Positions 1 through 10,181 of a stretch of 64,000 nt of DNA are shown here, one piece after another. The translations under genes and the position numbers were made by a program. Under the pieces are notes generated by a model. It was not told the origin of the DNA and ran no database searches. It saw only the letters and a program-made list of their open reading frames with translations. This DNA is from an uncultured delta proteobacterium (lineage in GTDB: Bacteria; Myxococcota_A; Polyangia; Polyangiales; Polyangiaceae): NCBI GenBank assembly GCA_963716725.1, contig CAVQUB010000009.1:256001-320000 (forward strand), given 5' to 3'. Each line of letters opens with the position of its first letter. Position 1 is the stretch's first letter.

Positions 1-195
1 ATCGGTCGTCGTACCGCCAGAGCCACCAGCGCCGCCGGTTCCACCCGCGCCTCCGGCGCCGCCGACTCCTCCGGTCGATGCCCCGCCGGTCGACGCGCCT
101 CCGGTGCCATCGGACTCCGACGATCCGCCGCAGGCCGCGGCGAGCGACAGCGCCAGGAGGGGAGACAGCAGCCAGGTCGCGAGTTGCTTGCTCAT
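1..195 (-). CDS. Lipoprotein with Gly/Thr-rich linker (5' part; runs off window edge)
   Basis: Manual translation MSKQLATWLLSPLLALSLAAACGGSSESDGTGGASTGG...; lipobox AAAC followed by a Gly-rich linker. Confidence 0.8.
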   Translation of the reverse strand, partial: MSKQLATWLLSPLLALSLAAACGGSSESDGTGGASTGGASTGGVGGAGGAGGTGGAGGSGGTTTD

Positions 196-251
196 GGGGA
201 GCATCTTCGCTCGCGAGGGTGGCGAAGGTCCATGCCCAATCGCTGCCGCGC

Positions 252-995
252 TCACGCCAGCCGCTCGATCGCCGGCCGGAACGCGGCCTTGGCCTTGCCA
301 ATCACCGGATCGCCGTGCGCGGGCAAGACATGATCGAACTCGAGCTCGAGGACGCGGCGAACCTCGGCGTGGTCGGGCTTCGCGCTGCGCAGCCAGCCGG
401 GACCGACGGCGTGCGGCTTGATGAAGCCCATGACGCGCATCATCAGCCCGCCGATGAACGAGAACTGCTCGTCGGCCCGCTGCCAGTTTTGGAGCGAGTC
501 GCCGGTGATCAGAATGCCGCCCTCGCGCTCGAGCACCAGGATGCCCTCGGGCACCTTGGCTGACGGAAACGTGAACAGCTTCGCGCCGTCGATGGGCAGC
601 GCGGTGCTCTCGTCGATCTCGATTTCGGCGTGAAAATAGGCCTTGTCGGGCGAGGGCGCGTCGAACCCGGACGCGTAGTGCTGCCCTTTCAGGCACCAGA
701 CCTTCGCGCCGTACCGCTCCTTGTAGAAGGGGTCGTCCATGCCGTGAAAACCCGCGATGCGGATCACGTGCTCGACCTTGCCCAGCCGATCGAGGGCCGC
801 GAGACCGGCATCGTCCAATCGCAGCGAATGGACGATCACGAGCGATCCGCCCTGGCGCACGACGACCATGTTGCGGCTGAAGCGCATCGGGATGCCGAAG
901 CGCACCGCGACCGAGCCAGTGACGATGAAGACGTCATCGAAGAGCTGGCGAAGCGCGCCGTGGGGGGTGGGCTTGGGGTGCTCGCGGCTCGGCAT
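252..995 (-). CDS. Metallo-beta-lactamase-fold protein (DUF4336-like)
   Basis: RNMVVVR, HGMDD, ILITGDS and VLPAHG motifs typical of the MBL fold. Confidence 0.7.
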   Translation of the reverse strand: MPSREHPKPTPHGALRQLFDDVFIVTGSVAVRFGIPMRFSRNMVVVRQGGSLVIVHSLRLDDAGLAALDRLGKVEHVIRIAGFHGMDDPFYKERYGAKVWCLKGQHYASGFDAPSPDKAYFHAEIEIDESTALPIDGAKLFTFPSAKVPEGILVLEREGGILITGDSLQNWQRADEQFSFIGGLMMRVMGFIKPHAVGPGWLRSAKPDHAEVRRVLELEFDHVLPAHGDPVIGKAKAAFRPAIERLA

Positions 996-1060
996 CTGGC
1001 GCCAACGCTAACATGCGGGCAGTGCTGGAGTCGGGTGCGTGGTCGGCTTAAGCTCGCTCG

Positions 1061-1579
1061 GTGAGGTTGGTGCCACACTCGCTCGTGCTCGGCTTGTTCG
1101 CACTCGCGTGCGCGCCCAGACCTGCTCCGAGCAAGCCCGCAGCGCCCAGGGTTCACGCGGAGCCAACGCCCCTGCCGAGCGCGCCTGCCGCGGCGCCCGC
1201 CGAATCCCCCACCCCTCCGCCAACTCCGGAACCCGAAGTCGAGCACACCGACGGCGGCGTCGGCGCTCCGGACGCAGCCACGGGCCCCAAGCGCCTCACG
1301 CGCTTCCACTGCTTCGGCTGGGTGCACGGTCCGGACCACGCCACCGACTGTTTTCGGAGCGCTGCCAAGTGCGAGAAGGCGCGGCTCGACATGAAGAAGG
1401 GCGCGCGCGACGTCTTCCCTCGCTGCGACGTCGACGAGGGCGCGTGGTGCACGCGAGTCGGGCGCGGCAGCGGGCCCAAAGCCGACGAGCGCTGCTTCGG
1501 ATCTGCCAACGACTGCGCTCGATACGAAGGTTACGTGCAGGGCAACGGGCTCACCACCAGGGGCTGCGTCGAGCATTGA
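1061..1579 (+). CDS. Hypothetical Pro-rich, Cys-containing lipoprotein
   Basis: Signal peptide ending ALAC, Pro-rich linker, Cys-rich C-terminal domain. Confidence 0.7.
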   Translation: MRLVPHSLVLGLFALACAPRPAPSKPAAPRVHAEPTPLPSAPAAAPAESPTPPPTPEPEVEHTDGGVGAPDAATGPKRLTRFHCFGWVHGPDHATDCFRSAAKCEKARLDMKKGARDVFPRCDVDEGAWCTRVGRGSGPKADERCFGSANDCARYEGYVQGNGLTTRGCVEH

Positions 1580-2505
1580 CCGCGCCGGCTCTCCGCCACC
1601 TCCGCGCCCACGTCGAGCACACGGAGCGCGGCGTCGCGTTTCGCGTGCCGGCTTGGCATTGGGCGTGGCGGGGGGCGGTGCTCGCGCTCGCGCTTCCTCC
1701 CCTGTTCACCGTCCTCGCGGTGCTGCTGAGCGTCGGCGAAGACGGCGTGTCCGCGCCGAGCGTCGTCATCGCTGGGCTCGGGGGGTGCTCCTTCGTCGCC
1801 GGTCTGATGGTCGCGCTGCTCTCTCCGCTGCTCTCGTCGCGCACGCGCACCGCGTTCGACTTTGCCGACGCTACATTCACGAGCGCGCGCTTGCCGCATC
1901 CGGTTCCCGTCGCGCAGATCAGCAGCATCGCGCTGGCGCAGACGAGCACGCTGAGCTCCTTCATCGAAATCCGCGCGCTCCGCTCCGGGCAGCGTCCGGT
2001 CCGGATCCTCGGGCCCTTGGTGCCGAAGCACGCGGGGGAGGCCGCTGAGCTCGCGGACTTTCTCGCGCGGAGGTTGAACGTGCCCGTCGATCTCGGGCGC
2101 CAAGCCGCGCCGGCCGGAGACACCGGCGGAAGTGATCGCCTCGCGGGCGCGCTCTGCTACTTGCCCATTCAGGGAGTGTTCATCCTCGCGTCGCTCTATT
2201 ACTTGTTCGCGGCGAAGCAGCGCCCGTTCGTGCGTTTCTGTGCGATCCAGAGCTCGAGCCAGTTCGTGTTCTCGATCTTGGTGCTCGGAGTCGTCTTGAC
2301 CGCGCTCGGCGTGCCGGTCGCCATGACTGATCCGTCGCCCATTCAGACCGCGCTGATCGTGCTGTTGGCGCTGGCTCTCACCGGGTTCTGGCTCTGGAAT
2401 CTGGCGACCCACGTGTTTGCGTGTTGGTCCGCCTACAAGGGACGCCTCTGGGTCATGCCGTGGCTCGGGTTCTGGGTGCGGAGGTTCTTGCCCGACGACT
2501 CGTGA
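1576..2505 (+). CDS. Membrane protein with C-terminal DUF4870-like domain
   Basis: TTG start overlaps the upstream TGA; several TM helices; LAGALCYL...FVRFCAIQS motif. Confidence 0.65.
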   Translation: MTAPALRHLRAHVEHTERGVAFRVPAWHWAWRGAVLALALPPLFTVLAVLLSVGEDGVSAPSVVIAGLGGCSFVAGLMVALLSPLLSSRTRTAFDFADATFTSARLPHPVPVAQISSIALAQTSTLSSFIEIRALRSGQRPVRILGPLVPKHAGEAAELADFLARRLNVPVDLGRQAAPAGDTGGSDRLAGALCYLPIQGVFILASLYYLFAAKQRPFVRFCAIQSSSQFVFSILVLGVVLTALGVPVAMTDPSPIQTALIVLLALALTGFWLWNLATHVFACWSAYKGRLWVMPWLGFWVRRFLPDDS

Positions 2506-2514
2506 GCAGTGCGC

Positions 2515-2589
2515 GACGGCAAGACCTACGGCAACTCCTGCGAGGCCCGCATGGCTGCGGTCAACGTGGCGGGCAAGGGCGCGTGCAAG
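2515..2589 (+). pseudogene. Kazal-type protease-inhibitor domain remnant
   Basis: DGKTYGNSCEARMAAVNVAGKGACK matches the C-terminal half of a Kazal domain; no N-terminal half or signal peptide. Confidence 0.6.
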
Positions 2590-2681
2590 CAGCCGCAAGC
2601 GCGGCGGGGGGCTCCGGCGGACCTGCGGGGCGCTGGTAATCCGTCATCGTGCACCTTTCCGCCCCGCGACACTCGTGGCAC

Positions 2682-4649
2682 ATGCGCGGGATGCAGGCGG
2701 GCGACGACCTCGACGCCGGAGCACCGCAAGGGAGCCTCTGGCAGCGGCTGGCGCCCGCGCGCGATCGCCCCTGGCCCGAGCGCGCCGCCGCCACGCTGCT
2801 GTTCACGGTCGCCTACCTGGCCGCCGTGGCCGCGGTGGTCTGGATCCAGGGCTACACCTTCGTCTACGGCAACGTGGCCGTCAGTGTGCCCCAGGTGCTC
2901 GCGCTGACCGACCCCACGCTCTTCCGCAACGACCTCTGCCACCAGTCAGTGCTGGCCGCGTCGCCGCGCATCTACATCAACGGGTTGGTGGCCCTCACGG
3001 CCAAGCTCGGCGTCACCGACGTACCCGGCGCCTACTTCCTGTGGTTCGTGGTGTCCGTCGCTTCCTACGTGGCGGGCTGCTTGGCCATTGGCACGCGGGT
3101 GTCGTCGCGAGCGGCAGGCGCCCTGTTGGCGTTCTTGGGGGTGGCCGCCACCAAGGCCACCATCGGCTCCGTAGACATCTTGCACCAGCATCGCCACTTC
3201 GAGCCCGCCATGTTGGCCATGGGCTTCAGCGTGTGGGGCATCTACTTCGTCTTGGGCAAGCGCTTCACGACGGGCTTTGCAATGTTCGGTGTCGCCGCGC
3301 TGTTTCAGTTCTTGGTCGGGTTCATTCCGGGCGCGCTGATAGCGCCGGCGCTGGGGGTGTTGGCGCTGAAAGAGCGCAACGCCTGGACCTTGCTGCGCCC
3401 AATGCTGCCCTTTGCCGCGGGTCTGGGCGCCGTCTATTTGCCCATGGCGCTGGCCGGCGCCACGTCTACCAAGGTGCCGGACGACGTCTTCGTCTTCCTC
3501 TACGCCCACGTCAGAAACCCGCATCACGTCTCGCCCGCGGCCTGGCCCCCCGTCGCCTGGCAGGAGCTTGTCCTCTTCTCGTTGGGTGGCGTCGCGTGCG
3601 TGCTGGGAGCGCGCACGCTGTCGCGCCTGCAGCGCGGAGTTTTGATCAGCATCATTGGCTGTACGTGGCTCGGACTGCTGGCCAATTGGTACTTCGTAGA
3701 CATCGCGCCAAATGCGTTCGTGGCCAAGCTGCAGCTGGCGCGCTGCACGCCCTTCGCCAAGCTGGCGGTGCTGGTCGCGCTCTCTGCATTGGCCGCCGAC
3801 TGCTTCGAGCGCGGGCTCGGTGGCCTTGGCCTGCTGCTGGTGCTCACGGCCTTGAACCCATTTAGGAGCTGGCACTTGCTGGCCGCGTCCCTGATCGCGT
3901 CCCTGGCCGCGCGCTTTGGCCCCGCGCGGCTTCCGGCGGCGGTGCGCGCCGTCTCCTGGGCCGCCGGTGCAGCGGCCTTGATCTTCTACTTGGGCGGCGA
4001 CGCCGGCGGCTTCGCAAAAACGTGGGCACTCTTCCAGCGCGTGTCGGGCCCGCGCTTTGCAGAGGGGCCGTTGCTGTTCGCGATGCTAGCCGCGCCCGTG
4101 GCCGTCACCGCAGCCTTTGCCCTACGCCGGCGCTGGTTGCGCGTTGGACTGGCCAGCCTGGTGGCCCTCGCGGTGTGCGTCAGCGCGTACCAGGTGGCAC
4201 GACCGAGACCAAAGCTCGCGCGCGCCTTGACGCACCCGGTGCACACCCAGTGGCAGCCCCGCAGCGCCGTGGAGCGCGTCGCCTTCTCGCTGCGCCAGAC
4301 CACTCCACCGGACGCCGTGGTGCTGGTCCCTCCCGCCTTCGAGTCGTTTCAGATCCACTCGCATCGCGCCGCGGTCGTGACCTTCAAGTGCATTCCGCTG
4401 GGCGAAGCCGAGCTCGTGGAGTGGGGCAAGCGCATGGCGCGGGTGCTGGGCGTGCCCACCGGAGTTCAAACGTCGTGGCGCGGGGATCTGGACGGACCCT
4501 ACTACCGCCGCAGCGCCGACGACCTGCGCGCCGTGGCTCGGGAGTACGGCGCGCGCTACTTGCTGACCAAGACGGGGGCGCACCCCGGGCTCGTCGCGCC
4601 GGTCGTGGCCGCCGAGGGCGGCTTCGTGGTCTACGATCTGGGATCATGA
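2682..4649 (+). CDS. Polytopic membrane protein, DUF6798-like (GT-C-like architecture)
   Basis: Many TM helices; RNPHH loop; C-terminal VVTFKCIP..EWGKR..YGARY domain; start uncertain (2649/2682/2691). Confidence 0.65.
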   Translation: MRGMQAGDDLDAGAPQGSLWQRLAPARDRPWPERAAATLLFTVAYLAAVAAVVWIQGYTFVYGNVAVSVPQVLALTDPTLFRNDLCHQSVLAASPRIYINGLVALTAKLGVTDVPGAYFLWFVVSVASYVAGCLAIGTRVSSRAAGALLAFLGVAATKATIGSVDILHQHRHFEPAMLAMGFSVWGIYFVLGKRFTTGFAMFGVAALFQFLVGFIPGALIAPALGVLALKERNAWTLLRPMLPFAAGLGAVYLPMALAGATSTKVPDDVFVFLYAHVRNPHHVSPAAWPPVAWQELVLFSLGGVACVLGARTLSRLQRGVLISIIGCTWLGLLANWYFVDIAPNAFVAKLQLARCTPFAKLAVLVALSALAADCFERGLGGLGLLLVLTALNPFRSWHLLAASLIASLAARFGPARLPAAVRAVSWAAGAAALIFYLGGDAGGFAKTWALFQRVSGPRFAEGPLLFAMLAAPVAVTAAFALRRRWLRVGLASLVALAVCVSAYQVARPRPKLARALTHPVHTQWQPRSAVERVAFSLRQTTPPDAVVLVPPAFESFQIHSHRAAVVTFKCIPLGEAELVEWGKRMARVLGVPTGVQTSWRGDLDGPYYRRSADDLRAVAREYGARYLLTKTGAHPGLVAPVVAAEGGFVVYDLGS

Positions 4650-4669
4650 CCCGGCGGCGCTTGCCGGGC

Positions 4670-6343
4670 TCAGCCCTTGATCACCTTCAGCATCTGAAGC
4701 ACGGGCTTCATCACGCCACCGAGACCTTCACCCACGATGGCGCCCACGGCGAGCGTCGTCAGCGTGAGGTCTTTGACCTTGAAGCCCTTGCCGAGCAGGC
4801 CCCAGAACACGAGCCCGCCCAAGAAGAAGGCGAAGTCGTAGGCCACCGGCAGCACGAGCGCGATTCCGATGCCGACGGACGACGGCAAGTACTTGTGCAG
4901 CTTCTGGTTCTCTTCGAGGACCACGTAGACGACTCCGACGGCCGCTGCGATCGCCATGGCCTTCATCGCCCCGGGCGGCATCGGGGTCGAGCCGTCGAAG
5001 ATCAGCGCCGTGGCCGCCCACATCTTGGCCACCGGCGCCGGCAGGTCACCGCCGTCGAGCGCGATCGTCTTGGTCTTGCTGATCCACTCGAACACGTAAG
5101 CGCTCACCACCGCGCAAGGCACGATGGTCAGGGTCTGGGCCCAGAACTGCCAGCGGCTGGGCACCTTCAACCAGCGCCCGTAGGCCATGTCACCGGTGAG
5201 ATTTCCGGCCTGGGCGCCGCTGCCGGCGACGAAGCCCGCACCCGCCAGGTTGGTCGCGGCGCTCGAGCCGCCGGCCATGGCGGTGACCCCTTGCAAGAGC
5301 ACGCCCATCACGCGTGCCGGGTTGAACGCGGTCTGAGCTGCGGCGCGAGTCGCGATCACGTTCTGCAAGAAGCCGCCGACGACCACCAAGACCAGGACCA
5401 GGAGCAGGTTGAGACCGAGGGCCAGTGACGAAAACAACGAAGTCGCGACCAGTGCCACGGCGATGAAGATGAGGTAGGTGCGTGGACGCAACACGGGGTC
5501 GTCGTCGTCGGGATTCGAGCCGCGGATCGATACCAGGCTCTTCACGCTAGAGACGACGACGCGCCAGTTCACCAACATCAGGGTGATGCCCGTCGAGACC
5601 AGGAAGCCGATGCCGGGCCAGACGTAGCGATGGGGCGCTGCGGGGGTCGGAAGGTGCGGCGCCATGATCAGCAGAATGCATCCGCCGACCAAGAAACCGA
5701 TGCAAGTGCGCATGCCCATGAGAAACGCCCCGCCGATGGCGAAGGGCGACCAGGCGACCGCCGCGCCGTAGGCGGCCAGGCCCAGTAGCGGGATTTCCGT
5801 GCTCTCGGGCACGATGCCGAAACCGCCGTCCTTATTGAGGACCACGTAGGCGATGCAGGCGAGCACGCTGGCGACGAGATAGTAGGGCTGCTTGGGATCG
5901 CCCTTCTCGACCAGCGCCTCGATCACGCTGGCGGTGGCCTTGGAGCCCGGCCACGGCAGGTTCTCGCGCAAGATGAGCAGGTCACGGAGCGGGATCACGA
6001 AGACCAAACCGATCAGGCTGGTCACGACGGCAAAGCCCGCCATCTCGAAGACCGTGTAGGGAGTCCCGGTCATGGCCTTGGCCGCGTAGAAGTTGCTGAT
6101 GAAGCCCAGGCTTCCGCCAGCGCTTCCCATGGTCGCCACGATCACCATCTCGGGCGAGGTGATGGCGGTCTTCGACAAGAAGAAGAACGCGAAGAAAAAC
6201 AACGCCGCGATGGTCGGGCCTTCTTCGATCACGCCGAACGAGAGCGTCAGATAGGAGTTGATGCCACAGAGCAGAACGGCCAAGACGAACCCGGCGATGA
6301 GGGCTCTGAGTGACGGTCGCTGCGGTAGTGCAGTGGTGTTCAC
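4670..6343 (-). CDS. OPT/YSL family oligopeptide transporter
   Basis: NSYLTLSFG, LPWPGSKATA, LPAPVAKMWA and GAIVGEGL motifs; GTG start at 6343 inferred. Confidence 0.85.
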   Translation of the reverse strand: MNTTALPQRPSLRALIAGFVLAVLLCGINSYLTLSFGVIEEGPTIAALFFFAFFFLSKTAITSPEMVIVATMGSAGGSLGFISNFYAAKAMTGTPYTVFEMAGFAVVTSLIGLVFVIPLRDLLILRENLPWPGSKATASVIEALVEKGDPKQPYYLVASVLACIAYVVLNKDGGFGIVPESTEIPLLGLAAYGAAVAWSPFAIGGAFLMGMRTCIGFLVGGCILLIMAPHLPTPAAPHRYVWPGIGFLVSTGITLMLVNWRVVVSSVKSLVSIRGSNPDDDDPVLRPRTYLIFIAVALVATSLFSSLALGLNLLLVLVLVVVGGFLQNVIATRAAAQTAFNPARVMGVLLQGVTAMAGGSSAATNLAGAGFVAGSGAQAGNLTGDMAYGRWLKVPSRWQFWAQTLTIVPCAVVSAYVFEWISKTKTIALDGGDLPAPVAKMWAATALIFDGSTPMPPGAMKAMAIAAAVGVVYVVLEENQKLHKYLPSSVGIGIALVLPVAYDFAFFLGGLVFWGLLGKGFKVKDLTLTTLAVGAIVGEGLGGVMKPVLQMLKVIKG

Positions 6344-6405
6344 GGGGCGCGAAGCTATCACGGGGCCCCTTGCCGAAGGCACCCAATGCGTCGCATGGTC
6401 GCGCC

Positions 6406-6738
6406 ATGGAAGCCGCCGCTGTCGTCATCTTGTGCACCGCTCCGGCAGCCGGCGACGTGGCGGTCACGCTCGCGCGCGGATTGGTGGAAGGCAGGCTCGC
6501 CGCCTGCGTCAACCTGATCCCCGGAGTGCGCTCGCTGTACACCTGGAAGGACGAGCTCGCGGACGACGAGGAGGTGCAGCTGGTGATCAAGACCCAGGGT
6601 TCGCTCTACCCTGCCGTCGAGGCCTGGCTCCGCGAGCACCACCCCTACGAAGAGCCCGAGATCCTGGCGCTGCCGGTGACCCTGGGGTCACCCGGCTACC
6701 TCGCGTGGCTCGCTCGGCAAACGACGAGGCCCCAATGA
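6406..6738 (+). CDS. cutA: Divalent-cation tolerance protein CutA
   Basis: LVEGRLAACVN, SLYTWK, HPYEEPEI. Confidence 0.95.
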   Translation: MEAAAVVILCTAPAAGDVAVTLARGLVEGRLAACVNLIPGVRSLYTWKDELADDEEVQLVIKTQGSLYPAVEAWLREHHPYEEPEILALPVTLGSPGYLAWLARQTTRPQ

Positions 6739-6780
6739 GCGTGAGCCCCGCGACCGAGTGCTCGGCGGCGGGGCTCGCGT
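6739..6780. terminator. GC-rich hairpin between convergent genes
   Basis: GCGTGAGCCCCGC...GCGGGGCTCGCGT inverted repeat with inner CCGA/TCGG stem. Confidence 0.55.
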
Positions 6781-6806
6781 TCCGGAACGGCCGGGCGGCT
6801 GTGCGC

Positions 6807-8855
6807 TCAGTCCGCCTTCTTCTTCTTGCGCTTCTTCTTGGTGGTCGCCTTGCCGCCCTTGGTCTGTTTCGTGGCGGATTGCTTCTTGGCGATGGCGCCC
6901 TTCTTCTTGGTCTTCTTCGCGCCGCCGCCGCTCGACACGCCGCTCTCGCCGGTCTTGCTCGGTGAGCTGAGCAAGAACTCGACGGTGTCCTTCTTCAGTC
7001 GAACCTTGTACCCGGGGATCCCGTCCTTGAACTGGAAGCTGATCTCTGCGCCGCTGCTGCCGTTCTTGGTCCGGACCCGGGCGATGCGGGAGTCGCGCTT
7101 CATGATCCCATCCGGTGACTCCATGACCTTGGCTCCCGGAATCACCACCGTGAACCCCGTGGCGTTGACCGCTCCCTGAAGCGCCGAGCCCGCCTTGTCG
7201 AGGCGCAGCCGGTGCACGACCGGATCGCTGAGCTTGCCGCGACCCCAAGGCGCCGTGCTGCCCGCCGGTGTCTGCTTCTCGTCGGCGTCGCCGAAGACTT
7301 CGTCTTCGACCGCAGCGCTGGCCGCAGCCTTCTCCTTGGCCTCGGCGTTCTTCGGATCGTCGGCGTCTTCTCCGTCTTCGTCTCCGCCCGGCGCGGCTCC
7401 GAGCGGTGCCGGCTCCATCGTGGCCATCGGGGTGGGGCCAAACAGCGGGACGTCCGCGGTGGTGCCGCTCTCGCCGGGCGCTGCCATCTTGTCGGCGCCC
7501 TTCGGATCCGCGGCCTTGGGATCGGCAACCGGGTTGCCTTGCTCATCGACCACGGTGACGTCGCCCGGCTTCGCAGCAACCGCGATCGACGCTGCCGGGT
7601 CCTTGTCGGCTCCGGGCGGCGCTGCCGGTTTTTTCATCGCGATCACGCCGACGGTGAGCAAGAGCACACCGAGGGCGCTCGCGGCCGCGATCTTCTTGAC
7701 TCGACGCTTCTTCGCCGCGGGATCCATGGGCGCCTCGGTCGGCTCTGGGTCAGGGGCCGCCCCGGACTGTGGGCGCAGCTTGCGCCCCATCTGCGACATC
7801 GGACCGGGTGGCGGCGCAGCGGTGGTCCGGCGAGGGGCGCCTCCCTGTTGTTTCTGCTTGAGCTCCATCACCTTTGCGCCGGCACCCTTGAAGAATTTGC
7901 CCACGCCAACTGCTGCCGCACCGCTCAGCTTGGCGAACATCACTCCGCCCTTCTTCGCCGCGTGGCCGGCTTCGACCGCCATGTTGGCGACCTTGCCGCG
8001 CATCGCAGCGGCCTCTTCGTTCATCTCGGCAGCATCCACGAAATCGTCGTCGGCGATTCGGCCATCGCCGCCGTCGTTCTGCGAGTCCCAACGCTCGTCG
8101 TCATCGGTGTGCGCTGCAGCGGCGGTGAAGCCACCGAGCTCGCCGACGCTACCCCTGACCGCGGGCTCATCTTCCGAGTCGATCACACTCGGCTCGGGAG
8201 TGTCGTCGGCGCCTCCGTCGTAGCGCAGCGCCACGACCAACTGCGGCACCTTGGTCTGCGGGTCGATCAGCACGTCGACGCCGTCGATCTGCGCGCCTCG
8301 TCGCTGTCCCGCACCGACGTCTTCGATCTCCAGGTGGCGGCCGACCTTGAGGAACTCGAGGTTCGACGCCACCTGCACCTGCCGCTGACTCCCGCCGCGC
8401 ACGCAGGCCTTCATCGGTGAGCCGAGCCCGTCGATGTGCAATCGGACCCGCATGCCGGTTCCGGCCGGAGGCGGGGTGCCGCCCTCGGCGGCGGCTGCCG
8501 GGCCGTCGGGGGCCGCCTGCTCGGTCATGCCGCAGAGCTGCTTCAGCACCTCGACGCTGCCACTGTCGAGGGCAGTGAACTTGATGCCGAACTCGCCTCC
8601 ACGATCTTGCTCTCGCCGCCAAGCCACCACGCCCTCGACGACGATCTCCTGTCCGCCGTTGTCGAACCGGCAGACCAGCGGCGAGCCGATCTCCGGCAGG
8701 TAGGCCGTGCGGAGGTGCATGCCACGACCGCTGACGTCGACGCTCTCGGCCTCGAAGGCGGGGGCTCCGCCCACGTCGCGACCGCAAATCTCCACCAGTG
8801 CCTGTACCGACACTCGCTCCATCCCACCGACGCGCCGTTCCTGTTCGTAGCTCAT
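6807..8855 (-). CDS. PilZ-domain bitopic membrane protein with periplasmic (possibly AMIN-like) domain and Lys-rich tail
   Basis: N-terminal ERR..ERV / DVSGRG PilZ motifs, single TM (ASALGVLLLTVGVIAM), GGGAGG SD before ATG 8855. Confidence 0.75.
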   Translation of the reverse strand: MSYEQERRVGGMERVSVQALVEICGRDVGGAPAFEAESVDVSGRGMHLRTAYLPEIGSPLVCRFDNGGQEIVVEGVVAWRREQDRGGEFGIKFTALDSGSVEVLKQLCGMTEQAAPDGPAAAAEGGTPPPAGTGMRVRLHIDGLGSPMKACVRGGSQRQVQVASNLEFLKVGRHLEIEDVGAGQRRGAQIDGVDVLIDPQTKVPQLVVALRYDGGADDTPEPSVIDSEDEPAVRGSVGELGGFTAAAAHTDDDERWDSQNDGGDGRIADDDFVDAAEMNEEAAAMRGKVANMAVEAGHAAKKGGVMFAKLSGAAAVGVGKFFKGAGAKVMELKQKQQGGAPRRTTAAPPPGPMSQMGRKLRPQSGAAPDPEPTEAPMDPAAKKRRVKKIAAASALGVLLLTVGVIAMKKPAAPPGADKDPAASIAVAAKPGDVTVVDEQGNPVADPKAADPKGADKMAAPGESGTTADVPLFGPTPMATMEPAPLGAAPGGDEDGEDADDPKNAEAKEKAAASAAVEDEVFGDADEKQTPAGSTAPWGRGKLSDPVVHRLRLDKAGSALQGAVNATGFTVVIPGAKVMESPDGIMKRDSRIARVRTKNGSSGAEISFQFKDGIPGYKVRLKKDTVEFLLSSPSKTGESGVSSGGGAKKTKKKGAIAKKQSATKQTKGGKATTKKKRKKKKAD

Positions 8856-9102
8856 GTGCGCCTCCCGTGAGCCCGCGTCCTGAGATGGAACGGGGGCCAC
8901 GCTCGGGAGGTAGGGCGCCGGGGCGATCTTGGCCAAGTTTCGGGGAGCGCTCCCGGCACCAAGTGCGGCGTGTCGGGCGGCGCCAAGCTGCCCGCCGAGA
9001 ACGTCCACGAAGCCCGCGCTCAGCGCGACGCGGCCCTCGGCCTGGGAATTCCGCTGCCGATCACTTGGACATTGCTCCGACCAGTGGTCAGTATCCGCCA
9101 AA

Positions 9103-10113
9103 ATGGCGCTGACGGTCCTCGTGCGCTCGGGCGACGTGAAGTCTGCGCCCCAAGTGACGTTTGACGCTCCGCGCATCGTCGTGGGACGCGGCGAAGGCTG
9201 CGACGTGCGCCTGCCCGACCCCAGCGTCAGTCATCGGCACGCATCCATCCGTCAGCGCGGCACGGAGTACATCGTCGTCGACGAAGGCAGCACCAACGGA
9301 ACCTTCGTCGGTCCCGTCCGACTCTCGCCGCACTCGCCGCGCGTCGTCCGCTCGGGCGACATGCTTCGAATCGGGCGGATCTGGCTGGAGCTCCGCGTCG
9401 AACACGTCGTGCCGACCGCAGCGGCCAATGTCGCGACCAAGGAGATCGCGCTGGGCCTGGTCGCAGAGGCGCTGGCAGCCCAAGGGGATCCCGCGGCCGT
9501 GCGTGTCTTCGTCAGCCAGGGACCCGACGCCGGACGCGAGCTGGCGCTGACCGAGGGCGGGCGCACCTACGTGCTCGGGCGAGGACAGGGAGCCGATCTG
9601 GTGCTCGACGACGCCGATGCCTCGCGCAAGCACGTGGAGCTGATGCGGAAGGGCTCCCAGGTGTTGGTGCGAGATCTGGGCAGCAAGAACGGCGCGACGC
9701 TCGCTGACCAGAGGCTCGAGGCCGGCAAGGACGTGCCCTGGCCTCGCTCCATTCTGCTGCGCGTCGGCGCCAACTTCTTGTCCTACGAAGACCCGGTGAG
9801 CGAGGCCCTGGCCGAGCTCGAACGCTCGGCCGACGAGCGCATGCGCGACGACGACCTGATCGACGCGCCGAATGCCTCGCCGGATCCGGCGCAGGTGGAG
9901 ACCGACGCCGAATCGGACGAGGCCAGTGCCCTCGCTACCGAGCTGGGTCCGCGCGCCGCCTCTCCCATCGCCAAGTTCCCCGAGCGGACGACCTCGAGGC
10001 GCGCGCCCGACCGACGCGGTTGGAACCTGACCGACGTGGTGGTGGCGTTGATCGCCATCAGTGTGTTGGCCCTGAGCATCTTGGGATTGCTCTGGCTGTT
10101 CAAGGCGCAGTAG
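9103..10113 (+). CDS. Tandem FHA-domain protein with C-terminal TM anchor
   Basis: Two GR..S..H..(S)NG FHA signatures; hydrophobic C-terminus. Confidence 0.9.
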   Translation: MALTVLVRSGDVKSAPQVTFDAPRIVVGRGEGCDVRLPDPSVSHRHASIRQRGTEYIVVDEGSTNGTFVGPVRLSPHSPRVVRSGDMLRIGRIWLELRVEHVVPTAAANVATKEIALGLVAEALAAQGDPAAVRVFVSQGPDAGRELALTEGGRTYVLGRGQGADLVLDDADASRKHVELMRKGSQVLVRDLGSKNGATLADQRLEAGKDVPWPRSILLRVGANFLSYEDPVSEALAELERSADERMRDDDLIDAPNASPDPAQVETDAESDEASALATELGPRAASPIAKFPERTTSRRAPDRRGWNLTDVVVALIAISVLALSILGLLWLFKAQ

Positions 10114-10115
10114 GG

Positions 10116-10142
10116 CGGAGCCCCAGGGCTCCGAAGCGTTTT
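10116..10142 (+). terminator. Probable intrinsic terminator
   Basis: CGGAGCC-CCAG-GGCTCCG hairpin followed by a short T run. Confidence 0.45.
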
Positions 10143-10181
10143 CGCCTCGGCGCATCGCTGCTACTATTCGATCACGAGCCT

